The translations under genes were made by a program, and so were the position numbers. A stretch of 63,744 nt of DNA, the filler included, from Octopus bimaculoides (Eukaryota), in NCBI RefSeq assembly GCF_001194135.2. It is 4 parts of 4 records of this genome, joined end to end, with 100 filler letters (N's around TTAATTAATTAA, not from the genome) between each part and the next. Parts side by side here need not be neighbours in the genome. Positions count along the whole stretch, not along the records: positions 1 to 25,896 come from NC_068983.1; 3 more parts are not named here. One strand, written 5' to 3'. Positions 1-12,620 of the stretch are shown here, piece after piece. Position 1 is the first letter of the stretch; each line of letters begins with the position of its first letter. Under the pieces are notes generated by a model. That model saw nothing but the letters and a program-made list of their open reading frames with translations. It was not told where the DNA came from and made no database searches.

Positions 1-19
1 CATACAAAATCGAAAATTT

Positions 20-620
20 GTGTTGGTAGGGGCGAATGGTTTTCAAACCAAAATGCAATTAGATACCGATTCAGACGTATCTATAATAAATATGGCAACA
101 TGGAGTAAGATAGGCAGGCCGGTATATATAAAAAAAAACTACCAGGATATCTCACGGTATGTCAGAGGAACGAGTTCAATTCTTGGGCGAAATTTCACCA
201 GAAATAAAACTTCAAAACATAATGCGGAAAAATAAACTAATGGTATCTAAGAATACAATGAATGTGTTCGGAACAGATTTAATGGAAGAATTCGATCTGT
301 GCGATCTACCACTGAATACACTATGTAATAAGGTGAATGTGTCACAGTCCGTGTCAGAAGAAGCATCGGAAAAATTGAAATTAAAATTGAAAGGTATGTA
401 CTCTGAAGTGTTTTCGAAAGAACTCGGTACGTGTAAAAAAATCAAAGTAAATTTTGAGTTGAAAGAAAATGCGGTGCCGGTGTTCAAACCGGAAAGGAAT
501 GTACCTTTTGCGGCGTTAAAGTTGAGAAGAAATCAAAAAGATTGGAAGACATACTTCTCAACACTCTGAAGAGATCTGCCAAACTATTTGGCACATCGAA
601 ACGATCATAAATGACTCATT
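20..620 (+). mobile_element. Ty3/Gypsy LTR-retrotransposon pol fragment (aspartyl protease and linker to RT), frameshifted
   Basis: Translations MQLDTDSDVSIIN..WSKIGRP (degenerate DTG protease motif), NVFGTDLMEEF and VFSKELGTCKKIKVNFELKENAVPVFKPERNVPFAA are typical of Gypsy pol. Confidence 0.85.
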
Positions 621-871
621 ATATAATCTCCACATAATCAAATCAATGGCCAATTGACTTGCTTCTTTTTGTGTTTGTTTATCCATTCTCCACTTAATTA
701 TATATATGTATAATAAAAAACGAAGAAAAAACAAAAATGTGAGCACGTGGTACATGCAAAGTATTAAAAGACGCACAAGGAAGGAGAGAAAGGCTGTTTT
801 ACGTTTCGAGCAAAACACTTATCTATCTATCTATCTATCTATGTATCTATCTATGTGTATGTATTTTACAG

Positions 872-933
872 GTTCAACGTGAATTTTACCTTCTTTCTCA
901 TCATCATGGGAATATTAATGACTGTAGCCGCAG
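872..933 (+). pseudogene. Secreted Cys-rich peptide gene, copy A, signal-peptide exon (start codon GTG instead of ATG)
   Basis: ttttacag|gttcaac GTG AAT TTT...GCC GCA G|gtaaga encodes (V)NFTFFLIIMGILMTVAA. Near-identical to the copy C exon at 22798-22865, and the downstream intron is homologous. Confidence 0.85.
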
Positions 934-1899
934 GTAAGAAATCCATTATCCCATTCTTTAAATGATTTTTCGAACCTAGTTTAATCACACATATCATGAA
1001 TAATGTTACATACAAGTTGCAGAAATTTCATTATCATCAGTGACCAACTCTCAAGAGAATTACTGCCCATTGTATCCTAATATCTATGAACACTTTTCAC
1101 GCGAAAACGTTTTACTAACAAATTCCCTGTATATTGCATTCCTTTTATAGATAGAAATCTCTCGTTATTTTCCTTAACCAGTCTCCGGTCCAGTCTGTTC
1201 TCCTCTCCATGTCTTCTCCAACAGAACACATATCGACTCTCACTTCAAACACCTCTGTCTCAACAATAACATCGTAAACTTATTCTACTTCAATTCATTC
1301 CACTCTATTCCACTATGTTCATATGCTCTTTCCTTTCACCGGACGAAATCTCACAGTCACAGGCTCTTTTAGCTTGCATCTAGTTTTTAATAAAAAAACT
1401 ACCAGGATATCTCACGGTATGTCAGAGGAACGAGTTCAATTCTTGGGCGAAATTTCACCAGAAATAAAACTTCAAAACATAATGCGGAAAAATAAACTAA
1501 TGGTATCTAAGAATACAATGAAAACAGTATACCTAGAACTGAACCTATGGATGTATGTTCACGCACGAATCTACAGACACACATGCATACACCTATGTAT
1601 ACACATTTACTAACCAATGATTTGTTCTCTATTTCATCCATCTCAGAAATAGGGAACCACGATATGCCTCCTCTGATTAATTGCAAATCAATGTTTATGG
1701 CGTTCTCCATTTCATGACCCTAAAAAGTGCAGTTCATTGCTTCATTAAACTTCAATTATTTTGTTTTACATAAAACTTTGGAATCTCCTCATTAAGGTTC
1801 CGAGCATCGGTAGATATACGTTATTAAGAAAGTCTCCACCATTTTATCATTAAATTAAAATAAAGCAAGACCTTTCCTAAGAAAGATAAAGATCTAGGA

Positions 1900-2358
1900 T
1901 TTTAACATGCTGATAAATGGTATGAACATGAACCTAGTAAAGTACTAAGAAGTAAGAAATATCAAATACTGTGAGATTGAACGTTAAGACTAACATATTA
2001 CTAGAAGCTAGAAGGCCTGATTTAGTAGTAATAAAACAGAATAGAAAGTGCCAGATAATTGCCTTTACTGTTTCAAATGATTAGAAAATCAATATGAGAG
2101 TTATAGAGGAAATAGGAAAGTACCAGGACCGAGTCATTGAATTACAGAGACTTTGGAAAGTGCAGATAAAATGAACCGGTGGATAGGGGAAATATGCTTA
2201 AAACCCGGATTAGTAGATCTCCAAAAATCAGTGTTATTAGAGACAGCTAGGATACTTAGGAGGGTTCTTGGCATCTAAGGTTATTTGTTCGTGCCCGATG
2301 TTAGGATTCTTTCTTTCCCTAACGGTTTAACCTGTTGTGAATAAAATAATAATAATAA
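1900..2358 (+). mobile_element. 3' end of non-LTR retrotransposon with restriction-like endonuclease (R4/Dong-like), decayed
   Basis: RPDLVVIKQNRKCQII...KYQD...LQRLWK...LQKSVLLETARILRRVLGI* followed by an (AAT)n tail. Confidence 0.8.
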
Positions 2359-2359
2359 T

Positions 2360-2570
2360 TCTTTCTACTATAAACACAAGGCCTGGAATTTGATGGAAGG
2401 TGGATAGTCGATCGCATTGACCCCAGTTACTTGACTGGTACTTAATTTATTCACTCCGAAAGGATGAAATGAAAAGGCAACCTCGGCGGAATTTGAACTC
2501 AGCACATAGCAGCAAACGAAATACTGCTAAGCATTTCGCCCAGCGTGCTATCGATTCTGCCAGCTCTACG
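2360..2570 (-). mobile_element. SINE family A (aaggcggcgagctggcagaa... head)
   Basis: Reverse complement of the dispersed repeat also found at 10884, 12400, 27408, 34690, 52912 and 58545. Confidence 0.8.
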
Positions 2571-2607
2571 ATTTTAAAATAATAACAACAACAACAACAA
2601 CAACAAC

Positions 2608-2639
<32 letters not shown>

Positions 2640-2671
2640 TAATAATATGATGATGATGATGATGATGACGG

Positions 2672-3613
2672 AAGACTATCCTAATGCCCAAATCCACTGA
2701 AACGGCAAACCCACACAATTACAGACCAATAACTTGTCTCCGTGCAATTTACAAAACCGTTACTGCAATAATATCGCAGAGAATGAACAAACATCTGGAA
2801 GAAAATAACCTGCTGCCAGAAGAGTAGAAGGGATGCTGCAAGAGCTCATACGGTTCATGCTGATCAATAAAACCATAACCGAAGACAGCCACAGGAAGAA
2901 GAAAGTTCTAATTATGGCCTGGATCGATTACCGAAATGATTTTGATAGTATTCCCCACACATGAATCTTAGAAACATTAGCCATGAACAAGGTAGCACCA
3001 ATAATCATAAAATATATAAAACATTCCTTGAATAAATGGTAGGCAGTTCTACAGCTCCAGATAAAAGAGGAACTAATAAAAACCACAGCCATCCCCATTA
3101 GAAGAGGAATATTCCAGGGAGATACACTCTCTCCACTCATTTTCTTCTTGACACTGGCGCCTTTATCTGACATGCTAAACAGAACTGGACGTGTATACGA
3201 CTGTTACGGCAAAACAATCAGCCACCTCTTACATATGGATGATCTAAAATTGTACGCTACAGAAGATAAACAGATGGAAACATTACTACAGACAGTACAT
3301 GGATTTACCAACGAAATAAATATGAAATTTGGATTAGAAAACCCTTGAAAAGAGGAAAACTAGTTAAGAGTAGCAACATCACACTAGATAAATCAAATTA
3401 AATAAGAGAATTAGATGAAAGCTAGATATACAAATACGTAGGAATCAATGAACTAGATACGATACAGTACACAAATGAAAGAGAAGGTAAGAAAAGAAAA
3501 CTATAGAGGAGTTACATTAATACTAAAAACAGAGCTCAATGTGAAAAACAAGTTAATAGGTATCAAGACACTAGTCGTCCCAATTATAAGTTACAGCTAC
3601 AATATTCTTAATT
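2672..3613 (+). mobile_element. RLE-type LINE reverse transcriptase, 5' part (decayed)
   Basis: WIDYRNDFDSIPH, IRRGIFQGDTLSPLIFF, ISHLLHMDDLKLYA and INMKFGL RT motifs, with stops and frameshifts. Confidence 0.9.
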
Positions 3614-4872
3614 NNNNNNNNNNNNNNNNNNNNNNNNNNNNNNNNNNNNNNNNNNNNNNNNNNNNNNNNNNNNNNNNNNNNNNNNNNNNNNNNNNNNNNN
3701 NNNNNNNNNNNNNNNNNNNNNNNNNNNNNNNNNNNNNNNNNNNNNNNNNNNNNNNNNNNNNNNNNNNNNNNNNNNNNNNNNNNNNNNNNNNNNNNNNNNN
3801 NNNNNNNNNNNNNNNNNNNNNNNNNNNNNNNNNNNNNNNNNNNNNNNNNNNNNNNNNNNNNNNNNNNNNNTATTTCCACCACGCGACACTTATGAGATCA
3901 ACGTGTTATCCTATCGAAAGAGTGCTCTTTGGTACAAGTAAATGCCGATGAAATCATTTCAAATCTTTCCGATTTCCCTTATCAAAACAGCTAGAAGTTG
4001 TGAAACAATCTGACATGTAAGTTATTGCCACCAGGGAAGAGGATGTTTGATGCTCAAGAAAGAGAGATTGATAGAAATTGTTGAAATACAAATGTACTTC
4101 ATATCAGTAACAAATCGTGGAGGATGGTATTCACTGTAATTAGATCTAGTTAACATGAGTCACAAAATCAGCCCCCTTTTAAAATGACGTAAAATAATCT
4201 GAAATTTTGTCATATTAAACATTCATTTCTTATCCAGGATCTAGTTTGTTTCATTCATAAAATCTGTATTTTTTAAAAGGAAGAACAAAACTGAAAATTG
4301 GTTATCTTAATGCAGTTTTCCACCCTTATTCCTATGAAGCCATGAATTTCTGGAGAAAATATTTGACACACACCATTTTTCTTTTTTAATTGGTGGGTTT
4401 AAAATACGGACAGACCTAATCTACCAATCGTTTCTCTTTATAATTTCCAAATGATTTTTTAGATACTTCAAAATCAAAATTGCGTAAATATGTGTGCCAG
4501 AAACAGTAGTTAAAAATTAAGGAAATGGAATTTTGGGAGATTTCTTATGACTGTATTTTCTTCCATTATTCTAACATCTTCTGAAACTTATACATATGCA
4601 TGTATAAATACATACAAATATATACACACACACATAGATTTTTACAGAGTTAGTTTTATATACAACCTTGTATATATATAAATATTTCGGCATATCTACA
4701 CAATTCTGCGTCAGAGATTTGCTACTCCATAACCTTGAAAAAATTAAATATTTCTTTTCTACAAATATGCTTCAGTTCATGTAGATTCCGATTAAATTGA
4801 AATTCATTGTGAAAACAGTTTGTCCCTAAAGGAGTTTAGAACATTCACACCATTAGGTTTGTTGTATATATA

Positions 4873-5325
4873 CAGGAGTTGGACAGAATAATGCAAGTAC
4901 CTAGCTAGGTGTTTCTATTATTCCAATTTTGAAATATCTGTAAAATCGTCAAAAGCTTGTATGTTTTTTATGTTTCTTTTTTATTTATTATTAGTATTAT
5001 TTAATAATTTTGGAAAAATTGATGTTTCTTTTCAGATATCATCGGGTAAAGATAATTAACATTTATTAAAATGTCAGATCTATCGGACTTTCAAAGAGGT
5101 GAAATTGTTGGTGCTCGTATAGCAGGCGCTACCGTAACGGAAACAGCCGAAATGTTTGGTGTATGAAGAAGTACTGTCTCGAAAGTAAGGACAGCATTTG
5201 AGAAACAGGGAAAAACTTCCTCGTCGAAACAAAACTCCGAAAGAAAGCCAAAACTTTCAGATAGGGACCATCGAGATCTTACGCGAATTGTTAGAAAGGA
5301 TAACAAAAGTACAGCTATTCATTAA
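4873..5325 (+). mobile_element. Tc1-family DNA transposon, 5' TIR plus N-terminal HTH of transposase (truncated)
   Basis: TA-CAGGAGTTGGACAGAATAATG TIR. ATG at 5071 gives MSDLSDFQRGEIVGARIAGATVTETAEMFGV*RSTVSKV. Confidence 0.85.
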
Positions 5326-5329
5326 TTTT

Positions 5330-5687
5330 TTAATCGTTCGTCACTATTCATCTGTTTTCAGTTTTTGTTCTTGCTGTTTTACTTTAGCGAAACCAGTTAC
5401 ACATGTTACCAGGAATTTGCTTGGTATCGTGAAAGTGGAAAAAGTAAATTTTAAGTTTCTGAAAATTGATACAAAAAGCCATGTTTTTTTTTTAAAAAAA
5501 CTGGCTGTCGCTGAGATGTGAAAATGTGGCTATTACTCGTTAATTTTAAATTAAACTTACCAAAGACGACGGTCTTCCAGCTTCCCCCAAGTCTCTTAAC
5601 GCCCCCTAGTGTCCCATTGTTCCAAAACGCCCCCTCCGGCTCCAAGTGCCCCACAGAGGCCCAATCGAGCTCCATTGAGAACCTTTG
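5330..5687. mobile_element. Probable hAT-type element terminus
   Basis: Ends in ttgagaacctttg (reverse complement caaaggttctcaa, resembling the CAGTGGTTCTCAA hAT TIR) just before the LINE frame resumes. Confidence 0.45.
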
Positions 5688-5692
5688 CTCTA

Positions 5693-6693
5693 AATGAGCT
5701 AATCAAAATAAACAGGAAAACCAGAAAAATAATGACACGATTTAGGATGCACCACCCAATATCTGACATAAACAGGTTATATATACATCGTATCGAAGGT
5801 GGCAGAGGCCTTATGCATTTCGAAAACTATTACAAAATAGGACTACAGAAATACCAGCTTCAAAAGTAAAGAAAACAAATATAAATAGCCTCAAAACACG
5901 AACAAAACAAAAAACTGTTTTCGGTCTTTAAAGAAGCTGACAAATACAAAAGAGAAATCATAGTACCTAACAGCTATGAAGAAAAAGAAGCAACAACATA
6001 AGTTTTAAAACAACTAAAAGCCAAATTAAATCTAGAATAGCAACGGATCATGATAAAACGATGGTAAGAAAAGCCCCTTCATGGCAAACACTGGTTTAAA
6101 CTAAACAGAAAAAAGGAGACAAGGCAAAATACCAACAATGGCTGTGAAGATCAGGACTCAAAGCAGAGACTGACAGATTTTTAATTGCAGCAGAAAACCA
6201 CAGCCTTCTCACCAGAAATTATCAAAAACATGTAATGAAAAGAAATGCAAGTAACTGCAGAATATGTGGAGATGGAGAAGAAACAATAAATTATGTTGTC
6301 TTTGGCTGTCCAGTCTTGCCTAAGAAGGAATATATTCACAGACACGACACAGTTGGGACCTATATGCACTGGAAGCTATGCCAACAGTATGGAATAACAA
6401 CAGAAAAAAATGTTAGTATAAGCACATGCCGAAAACGTCACAGAAAATGAGAAAGCAACCAAACTATTGGATATTCCTATACAAAAAGATGGAGAAATGA
6501 AGGCCAATAAGCTGGATATAGTTGTCTGAGATCACCAAGAAAAACTGCTTTCTAATCAATGTATCAATACCAACAGATGCACTGTTTCTCTCAAAGAAAC
6601 AGAAAAACTTTCAAAATACAAAGATCTGGAAATAGAGGTGAATCGAATATGGAATCTAAAAACATAAACAGTCACTATCATTGTAGGTGCATT
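5693..6693 (+). mobile_element. Continuation of the same RLE-type LINE (RT C-terminus, CCHC knuckle, endonuclease region)
   Basis: NELIKINRKTRKIM..RMHHP.SDINRLYIHR.EGGRGL, CRICGDGEETINYVVFGCPVL.KKEYIHRHD, and ...TIIVGAL. Confidence 0.9.
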
Positions 6694-6710
6694 GAAACAG
6701 TGTAAATCAG
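6687..6710 (+). pseudogene. Copy A, 3' remnant of the middle exon (ttg aaa cag tgt aaa tca g), fused to LINE sequence
   Basis: gaaacagtgtaaatcag|gt is identical to the copy B middle-exon end at 15412-15428, and the following intron is homologous to those of B and C. Confidence 0.7.
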
Positions 6711-6833
6711 GTTCAGAGAAAGACATAACGCTAATAAATGTAGCAGAGTTGATACCAATACAGTGTACTTTTATCTTCACTTTTATGTATTATAAATGGT
6801 ATTAAGAAAACTTTAAATATTTTCTAATTTTAG

Positions 6834-6940
6834 GCACTAAATCACAATGTCGACAAGATTGCTTGATAGAACATCTGAACAGTGAAAGTCGTCATAGATT
6901 CGATTATTTTATAAAATGTTTTAACGATAAATGTAGATAA
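6834..6940 (+). pseudogene. Copy A terminal exon: (G)TKSQCRQDCLIEHLNSESRHRFDYFIKCFNDKCR*
   Basis: ttctaattttag|gc acceptor. Same CxxxC-x18-C-x4-C spacing as copy C; stops where C has its last Cys. AATAAA near 6972. Confidence 0.8.
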
Positions 6941-7879
6941 GATTAATTGTATACAATTCACTGAATGAAATCAATAAACGATATGCGATATTATAAGCAA
7001 TGATTTGAAAGAGAACAGGTATACAACACAGAAAAGAACCCCAGAAAACGTAATTCTTGCATGCCAGATGTGTTTCTATATCTGTTCTATATAAAAGTCA
7101 TGCTTATATTATCAAATATATCTTCCAATACGAAATCTTTGTTTAAGTTATTTTTTGATGGTGTTTTATTTCCATAAAATGTTACTAATTGATTCACGTA
7201 ACATGTCACTTTTGAACAGAAGTTGAATAATAAAGATTTCAGTTTGTATAATTGAAATATTAAGCAGTCGTTTTATCCAAATATTTGATGGCGGGACAAA
7301 TTTCATTGTTTTACATGGTTAATTATATTTAGAATACTCATGAGAATTAACCCTGAAATTTTTATTGTGCTTCAGTTTTGCAATGGGAAGTTTAACTTGG
7401 TGATGTCTACAATATTTGTATAGCGTACGTTGATTCGCCCAATATGAACCAATTTAAAACGAAAACAGTATTATGGAAGAAGTTGAGTCAAACCAAACTA
7501 TAAACATGCAAAGAAAACTCAATGCAGCTACTTTATATAAAGGTTCAAAAGCTTCCAAACGATCGTTCCAACGAGAATAGTGCAGACGTGTCTCAAATTA
7601 GTTGTCAAAAGATTTCTGGTTTTTTAATCTCCGTTACCCTTATTTCCATTAGAATACATTTTGGAAGTTGTAGTTTGCTGCTCGTCTACACGAAAAACTG
7701 GGTTATAAAGTAGAACACTTCTCATATATGAAATTAAGTGATTTAAAAAGAATAATAATATAAAATATAAAAATATGTGCATCAAATAATCTTCCACACA
7801 GATAATAAAAACTGTTGAACCAAAGCCATAAAACAACTATGTAGCGGGGATAGAATGAAAAACACAAAGCACAATCGGA

Positions 7880-9020
7880 TATTCAAACTCCACTGAGCCG
7901 ATTTTTATCATTTTACGAAGCACATAATTTAGGGATAGGAAAGTTAGTGAGGGGATCAATAGAGAGATAGAGGTGTCAAGGAAGTTGACAGTAGTATCAG
8001 AGATGAGGGAGGTAAATTCAAGAGCTGGTTAGCTGGTCACGGGAGATGGTATTAGCGCCAATGCAATTATCTATATACGACTCCATGGCTCTGAGATCGG
8101 TGTGGGTGTCTGGTAGATTTGAGCCTCGACGTAACCGACAAATAAGTTGGCAAAGTTGGGGCCCATTCTGCTTTCCACGGCGACGCCATATATAATTGCT
8201 GGTATATCTCACCTGCAAATGTGACACAGTCAAGCGTTAGATCGAGTTCCGCTAAGCGGAGAAGTGTAGATGCATTGGATGTGGGGTACAGTGCAAAGGT
8301 TGAGAAAATGGTGGAAGGTTACGGGCCGTGCTTGTAGGAGATGACGGTGTATAGGGATTTATTTCCATAGTAAAGAGGAGACGGGTGGAGCCGGGGAGGA
8401 AGAAAAACAAATTGCAAACGTGGAGAGCGTGGTTGGTGTTGTGTATATGAGATGTAAATGTAGCCACTAAAAGGGTAGGAGGAGTGGGATCAGAAGAGAA
8501 GGAGCGATAATATGTGGGGTTCCGAAGCTGTCGAAACTCTTAATGCAAATGTCACTGCTCCACATCACTACAGCCTCACCTGCGTCTGCCGACTTGATGT
8601 TGATGACATTACGCCGATCGAGATTGCGAAGAGCAAACAATTCGGCGTGGGTGATGTTTATCCGGTGGGATCTATTCTTAAAATCTTATCGATTGACAAG
8701 ATTTTTGAAGTCCTTCACGAACCAATCTAGGCTGCTGAATTACTCTGGAGGTGGCATCCACTTTGATGGGCGGCGACCCAGCTCCGACCAGTAATCCTGA
8801 TTATTGTGATGCTGTGTGGATGTGTGGAAGAATGTGAACAATTTTTTGCTGAGTGAAATCAATGCGGGCTACAAATTCATCGAAATGAGGTGTGAGAAAT
8901 GCTAAGTGGAGACACCTAACGTGGAGTAAACGGTCAGCTGCAGAAAGGCGAAGGTCGGGTGGAATGATAAAAGTAAGTTCATAATTTACAGACAGAAGTA
9001 ACTTCAAAAATTTCACTTAA
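7880..9020 (-). mobile_element. Penelope-like element reverse transcriptase fragment, decayed
   Basis: Minus-strand PSKWMPPP..LDWF, IKSADAGEAVVMW (cf. ADKGGAVVV) and LLFTME..SLYTVI motifs. Confidence 0.75.
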
Positions 9021-9314
9021 ATCCGGACATTTCGTTAATTTCCCTAAAAAAATTTTATTTACTTTTGCAATGGTTTTGTGTTTTTCTGATGTTATCGGCT
9101 TTTTTCTGGTTACTTCGATACTAGCTCTTTGGTTCACTAATTGACAAATTTTGCTTCAACCCGTACAATTCTTTATTTTCCGTAACAATTTCTTATTTAC
9201 TTTCTGCCCATCATATTAAGAAATATAATTTCCGTTACACAGTCATTTGCACTGTTTACTAGCTTCTGCATCCGTGTATTTCTGTATACGTATATAATCA
9301 TACCTAGAAGGAAA

Positions 9315-10175
9315 GTGTCAAATTTGTCTACAATGTTAAGGTCAACCAAAAGAATGTCCCTGTCCAGGGAAAGAGAGACGGCTGCTAAAAGGGAGGCATA
9401 CCAAGAAACGAACAGATTGTGTGCTCCAAAAGCCAGAGCATCTCAAAGTGATGAACAGAGGTATGCAAGGCTGACAAGGAATAGGATCTTAACTGCAGAA
9501 CGAAGAGCAGTTGCAACAGCTCAAAGAAGCAACTTCTATGAAGCAGTTTTCAATTATAATCCAGCAGTTCATTATTCAGATGACACTAGAGTTTCCATTG
9601 GTGCAATGACAACTGAGTGCATACATTGTAAAACAAGGAAGCGGCCTGGAGAGACACCTGCACTGTGCTGCAGTGGTGGAAAGGTTAAACTCCCTGCAAT
9701 CTCCCAACTTCCACAGCCATTGAAAAAACTGTTGACATCAACTGACCAAAATTCCAAGCACTTCCAAAACAAAGTAAGACAATACAATGCTGCATTACAA
9801 ATGGCATCAAGAGAAATAATTGAGCCAGGATTCATGCAAACTTTCAAGATCCAAGGTCAGATTCATCATCGGATTGACTCTCTAGTACCTCTGTCAAATG
9901 AATCGCCAAAATCGACCTTTCATTGTTTATAATCTGTACCTGTTTCTTTGGTTACGAAATAAGCTACACAAAACGTGTTTTTGAATTACGTGTATTTACT
10001 TTATATACATATATGAGTTGAAAACTTTCTTTTAGCATACTGGCGTGGGTTGGAGAGTTATTAATGTAGAAAGTTGTTATCTCAGCTACTAGTAGTTGAG
10101 ACCTGCGTAATCTAGACGGTGTTTTAAAATTTCATTATTCTCTTTAATTGGGGCAACGCCGGGTATTTCTACTAG
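9315..10175 (+). mobile_element. Internally deleted Helitron: N-terminal Rep-helicase fragment plus 3' end
   Basis: CIHCKTRKRPGETPALCCSGGKVKLP...FQNKVRQYNAALQMAS...TFKIQGQIHHRI is typical of the Helitron ORF N-terminus. GC-rich gggcaacgccggg followed by CTAG-T at 10172-10176. Confidence 0.8.
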
Positions 10176-10419
10176 TAAATATATAGTATAACGTATTGTT
10201 AATGATATACAGATATACATATAAGTTCGAGCATGTACATCCATATGTGAACATGCGCGTGCATACACACACACGCACACACACACACACACACATGCAA
10301 TCACACACACAAACACGCACACGCACACACACATACAGGCACACATACACTAGTCAAACATTTTTGTGTGTAAGTGTGTGTGTTTGTGTGTGTAGGTATG
10401 TATGTATAGGTACATATCT

Positions 10420-10730
10420 AGATATACATGTGTTAGTTGTATTTTCATACTTAGCCATAGCGGTATTTTACCAGTTGGGTGGAAGTGCACGCGCAGGTAT
10501 AATTTTCCGACTCAATTGAAAACGGCAGGGTTTATTGGCCGTAAACGTGACAGGTCTGACAATGAACAACAAAAAGATATTCGCAACAATTGCTCGTTCG
10601 AAGGACGATGATGAAAAAGAAGTGATAAACTAATCAGAATGTTTTAATACTCTTAACAGCTGGACGCATGATTCGTATATAAGACAATAGTTACTGCAGG
10701 ATATATGACAAAATACAGATAACTTTCATA
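10420..10730 (+). promoter_or_regulatory. Copy B promoter/exon 1 homologue (damaged)
   Basis: Aligns with 18127-18460. CCAAT appears as CTAAT, TATATAAG is at 10676, the TATA-to-Inr spacing is shortened, and the donor-equivalent reads ataact. Confidence 0.6.
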
Positions 10731-10744
10731 GTTTGATATATAAT

Positions 10745-11045
10745 GAGTGTGTCGTAAGGAGCTTACTTCCCAATCATATAGTTCCGGGTTCAATCCCACT
10801 GCGTGACACCTTGGGCAAGTGCCTTCTACTGTAGCCTCGGGCCGATCAAAGAATTGTGAGTGGATTTGGTAGACAGAAACTTTAAGGCGGCGTGCTGGCA
10901 GAAAGGTTAGCAAGCCGGACGAAAAACTTAGCGGTATTTCGTCTGCCGTTACGTTCTGAGTTCAAATTTCGCCGAGGTCGACTTTGCCTTTCATCCTTTC
11001 GGAGTCGATAAATTAAGTACCAGTTACGCACTGGGGTCGATGTAA
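10745..11045 (+). mobile_element. SINE family B fragment followed by SINE family A
   Basis: gggttcaatcccactgcgtgacaccttgggcaagtg... then aaggcggcgtgctggcagaa...; both are dispersed many times in the window. Confidence 0.8.
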
Positions 11046-12034
11046 ATGTATATATATGACATGCTACAGTATCATTAGCTTGGACGTTATTGATAATTCA
11101 TTAGTGATCAGAATTTCTGTCTGTAAATTTGAGTTTCAGTTTATTCATTAATTTTATTCTATTTTCTTAGAAAAAGATGCTTATTTTGTAACAAGAGTTA
11201 TGTCGTTTATAGGTTTTCAATGACGCAGATTTACAGCATTTATCATGTGAGGAGTGAATAATGTCACGTGTGTGACACTGAGAGAGAACGGATGCCACAC
11301 ACATACTAAAGAAAAATTGATTGCGGCTTTGCAATATAAACCTTTGTGAGCTACGAAGACTGTTTGAAACAATCTAGCTAATTTAACGTGAACCAATGAG
11401 TTGTGTTTTTATGTGCGACCAGTTTAGTTAGGTCTATACAGTTGATTTTCAGATCAGACATTGAGAAGGGAATAAGATTAGATTCTTGACAGTCAGTGGA
11501 ACTAAGACTAGGTAATGTCCATCGTGTTGTTATTATGGACGATTCTCAGGAGTCACGTGGATGGAGGAGCTTGATGAAACTGAAAGGTTTGTTGTAAAAC
11601 ATATACAGCACATTGCATGAATTATCTAAAGAGAACAACCCGCTGTTTAATTCTTACATTATTTTGTATAAGTGAGAGATAATTGTTGCAACATGTTACA
11701 CGTGCTTTCAAGCAGATGTATATTTATGATATATGATGTACATAGAATTATCACAGATGTTAAAGGAGCGAGCATATTATCTCCTGAAGAAGTAAAAGAT
11801 GGTCCCATTAGGTATATATATATATAATGAATAGGGTATATTTATGGAGATAATGATTGACATTATTTTGTTAAAGAGTTACGACACATTGATTAAAATT
11901 GAAGTGTGTAAAAATACACTAATCTCTTACGCTTGATCCAAGTGTACAGAAATACTATATAACAATGGTATACGTGAAATAGCAGTATTAAAAGTAATGG
12001 CGGTAGATGAGCACGTGTATGCTAGTAGTTGTGC

Positions 12035-12099
<65 letters not shown>

Positions 12100-12399
12100 C
12101 CAGGAGCAGCAGCAGAGCAAAAGCGTATCTGTAAGTTAACACACAAACCCGCTTAAGCGTATATTTTGCTTTCATGAAAGTGAACAAAATATTTGTGCAC
12201 ACCTACAGTAACAATCAATGTTTCATATACTTCGAAAACCGTTAATATCTAAGATATTTACTGGAAACAATAATTTCGGATGCCTAAATTTTGTGATGCA
12301 AGTCATTACTACCTTTGCCTTGAGATCTTATATATTCTAACAATTAACATTGTGTAGCTTTAAATTACTTTATGTTATTCGGTAGTATTTGTTTGTATA

Positions 12400-12620
12400 T
12401 AAGGCAGCAATCTGACAGAATCGTTAGCACGCCGTACAAAGCGCTTAGCAGCATTTCGTCCGTCTTTACCTTATGAGTTCAAATTCCGACGAGGTCGACT
12501 TTGCTCTTCGTCCCCCTGGGAACGATCAATTAAGCACCAGTTGAATATTGGGGAAGACGCAATCAACTTGTCCTCTTCCGCCGACATTGACCTGCCTTAT
12601 GCCGAAAGTTGATACCATAT
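12400..12620 (+). mobile_element. SINE family A
   Basis: Homologous to the other family A copies. Confidence 0.75.

Noticed and set aside
5037-5046. ttttcag|ATATCATCGG|gtaaag as a possible micro-exon of copy A
   Set aside because: It lies inside the Tc1 5' region just upstream of the transposase ATG and has no counterpart in copies B or C.
11515-11574. Signal-peptide-like MSIVLLLWTILRSHVDGGA*
   Set aside because: It ends in a stop with no splice donor and no homology to the cluster.
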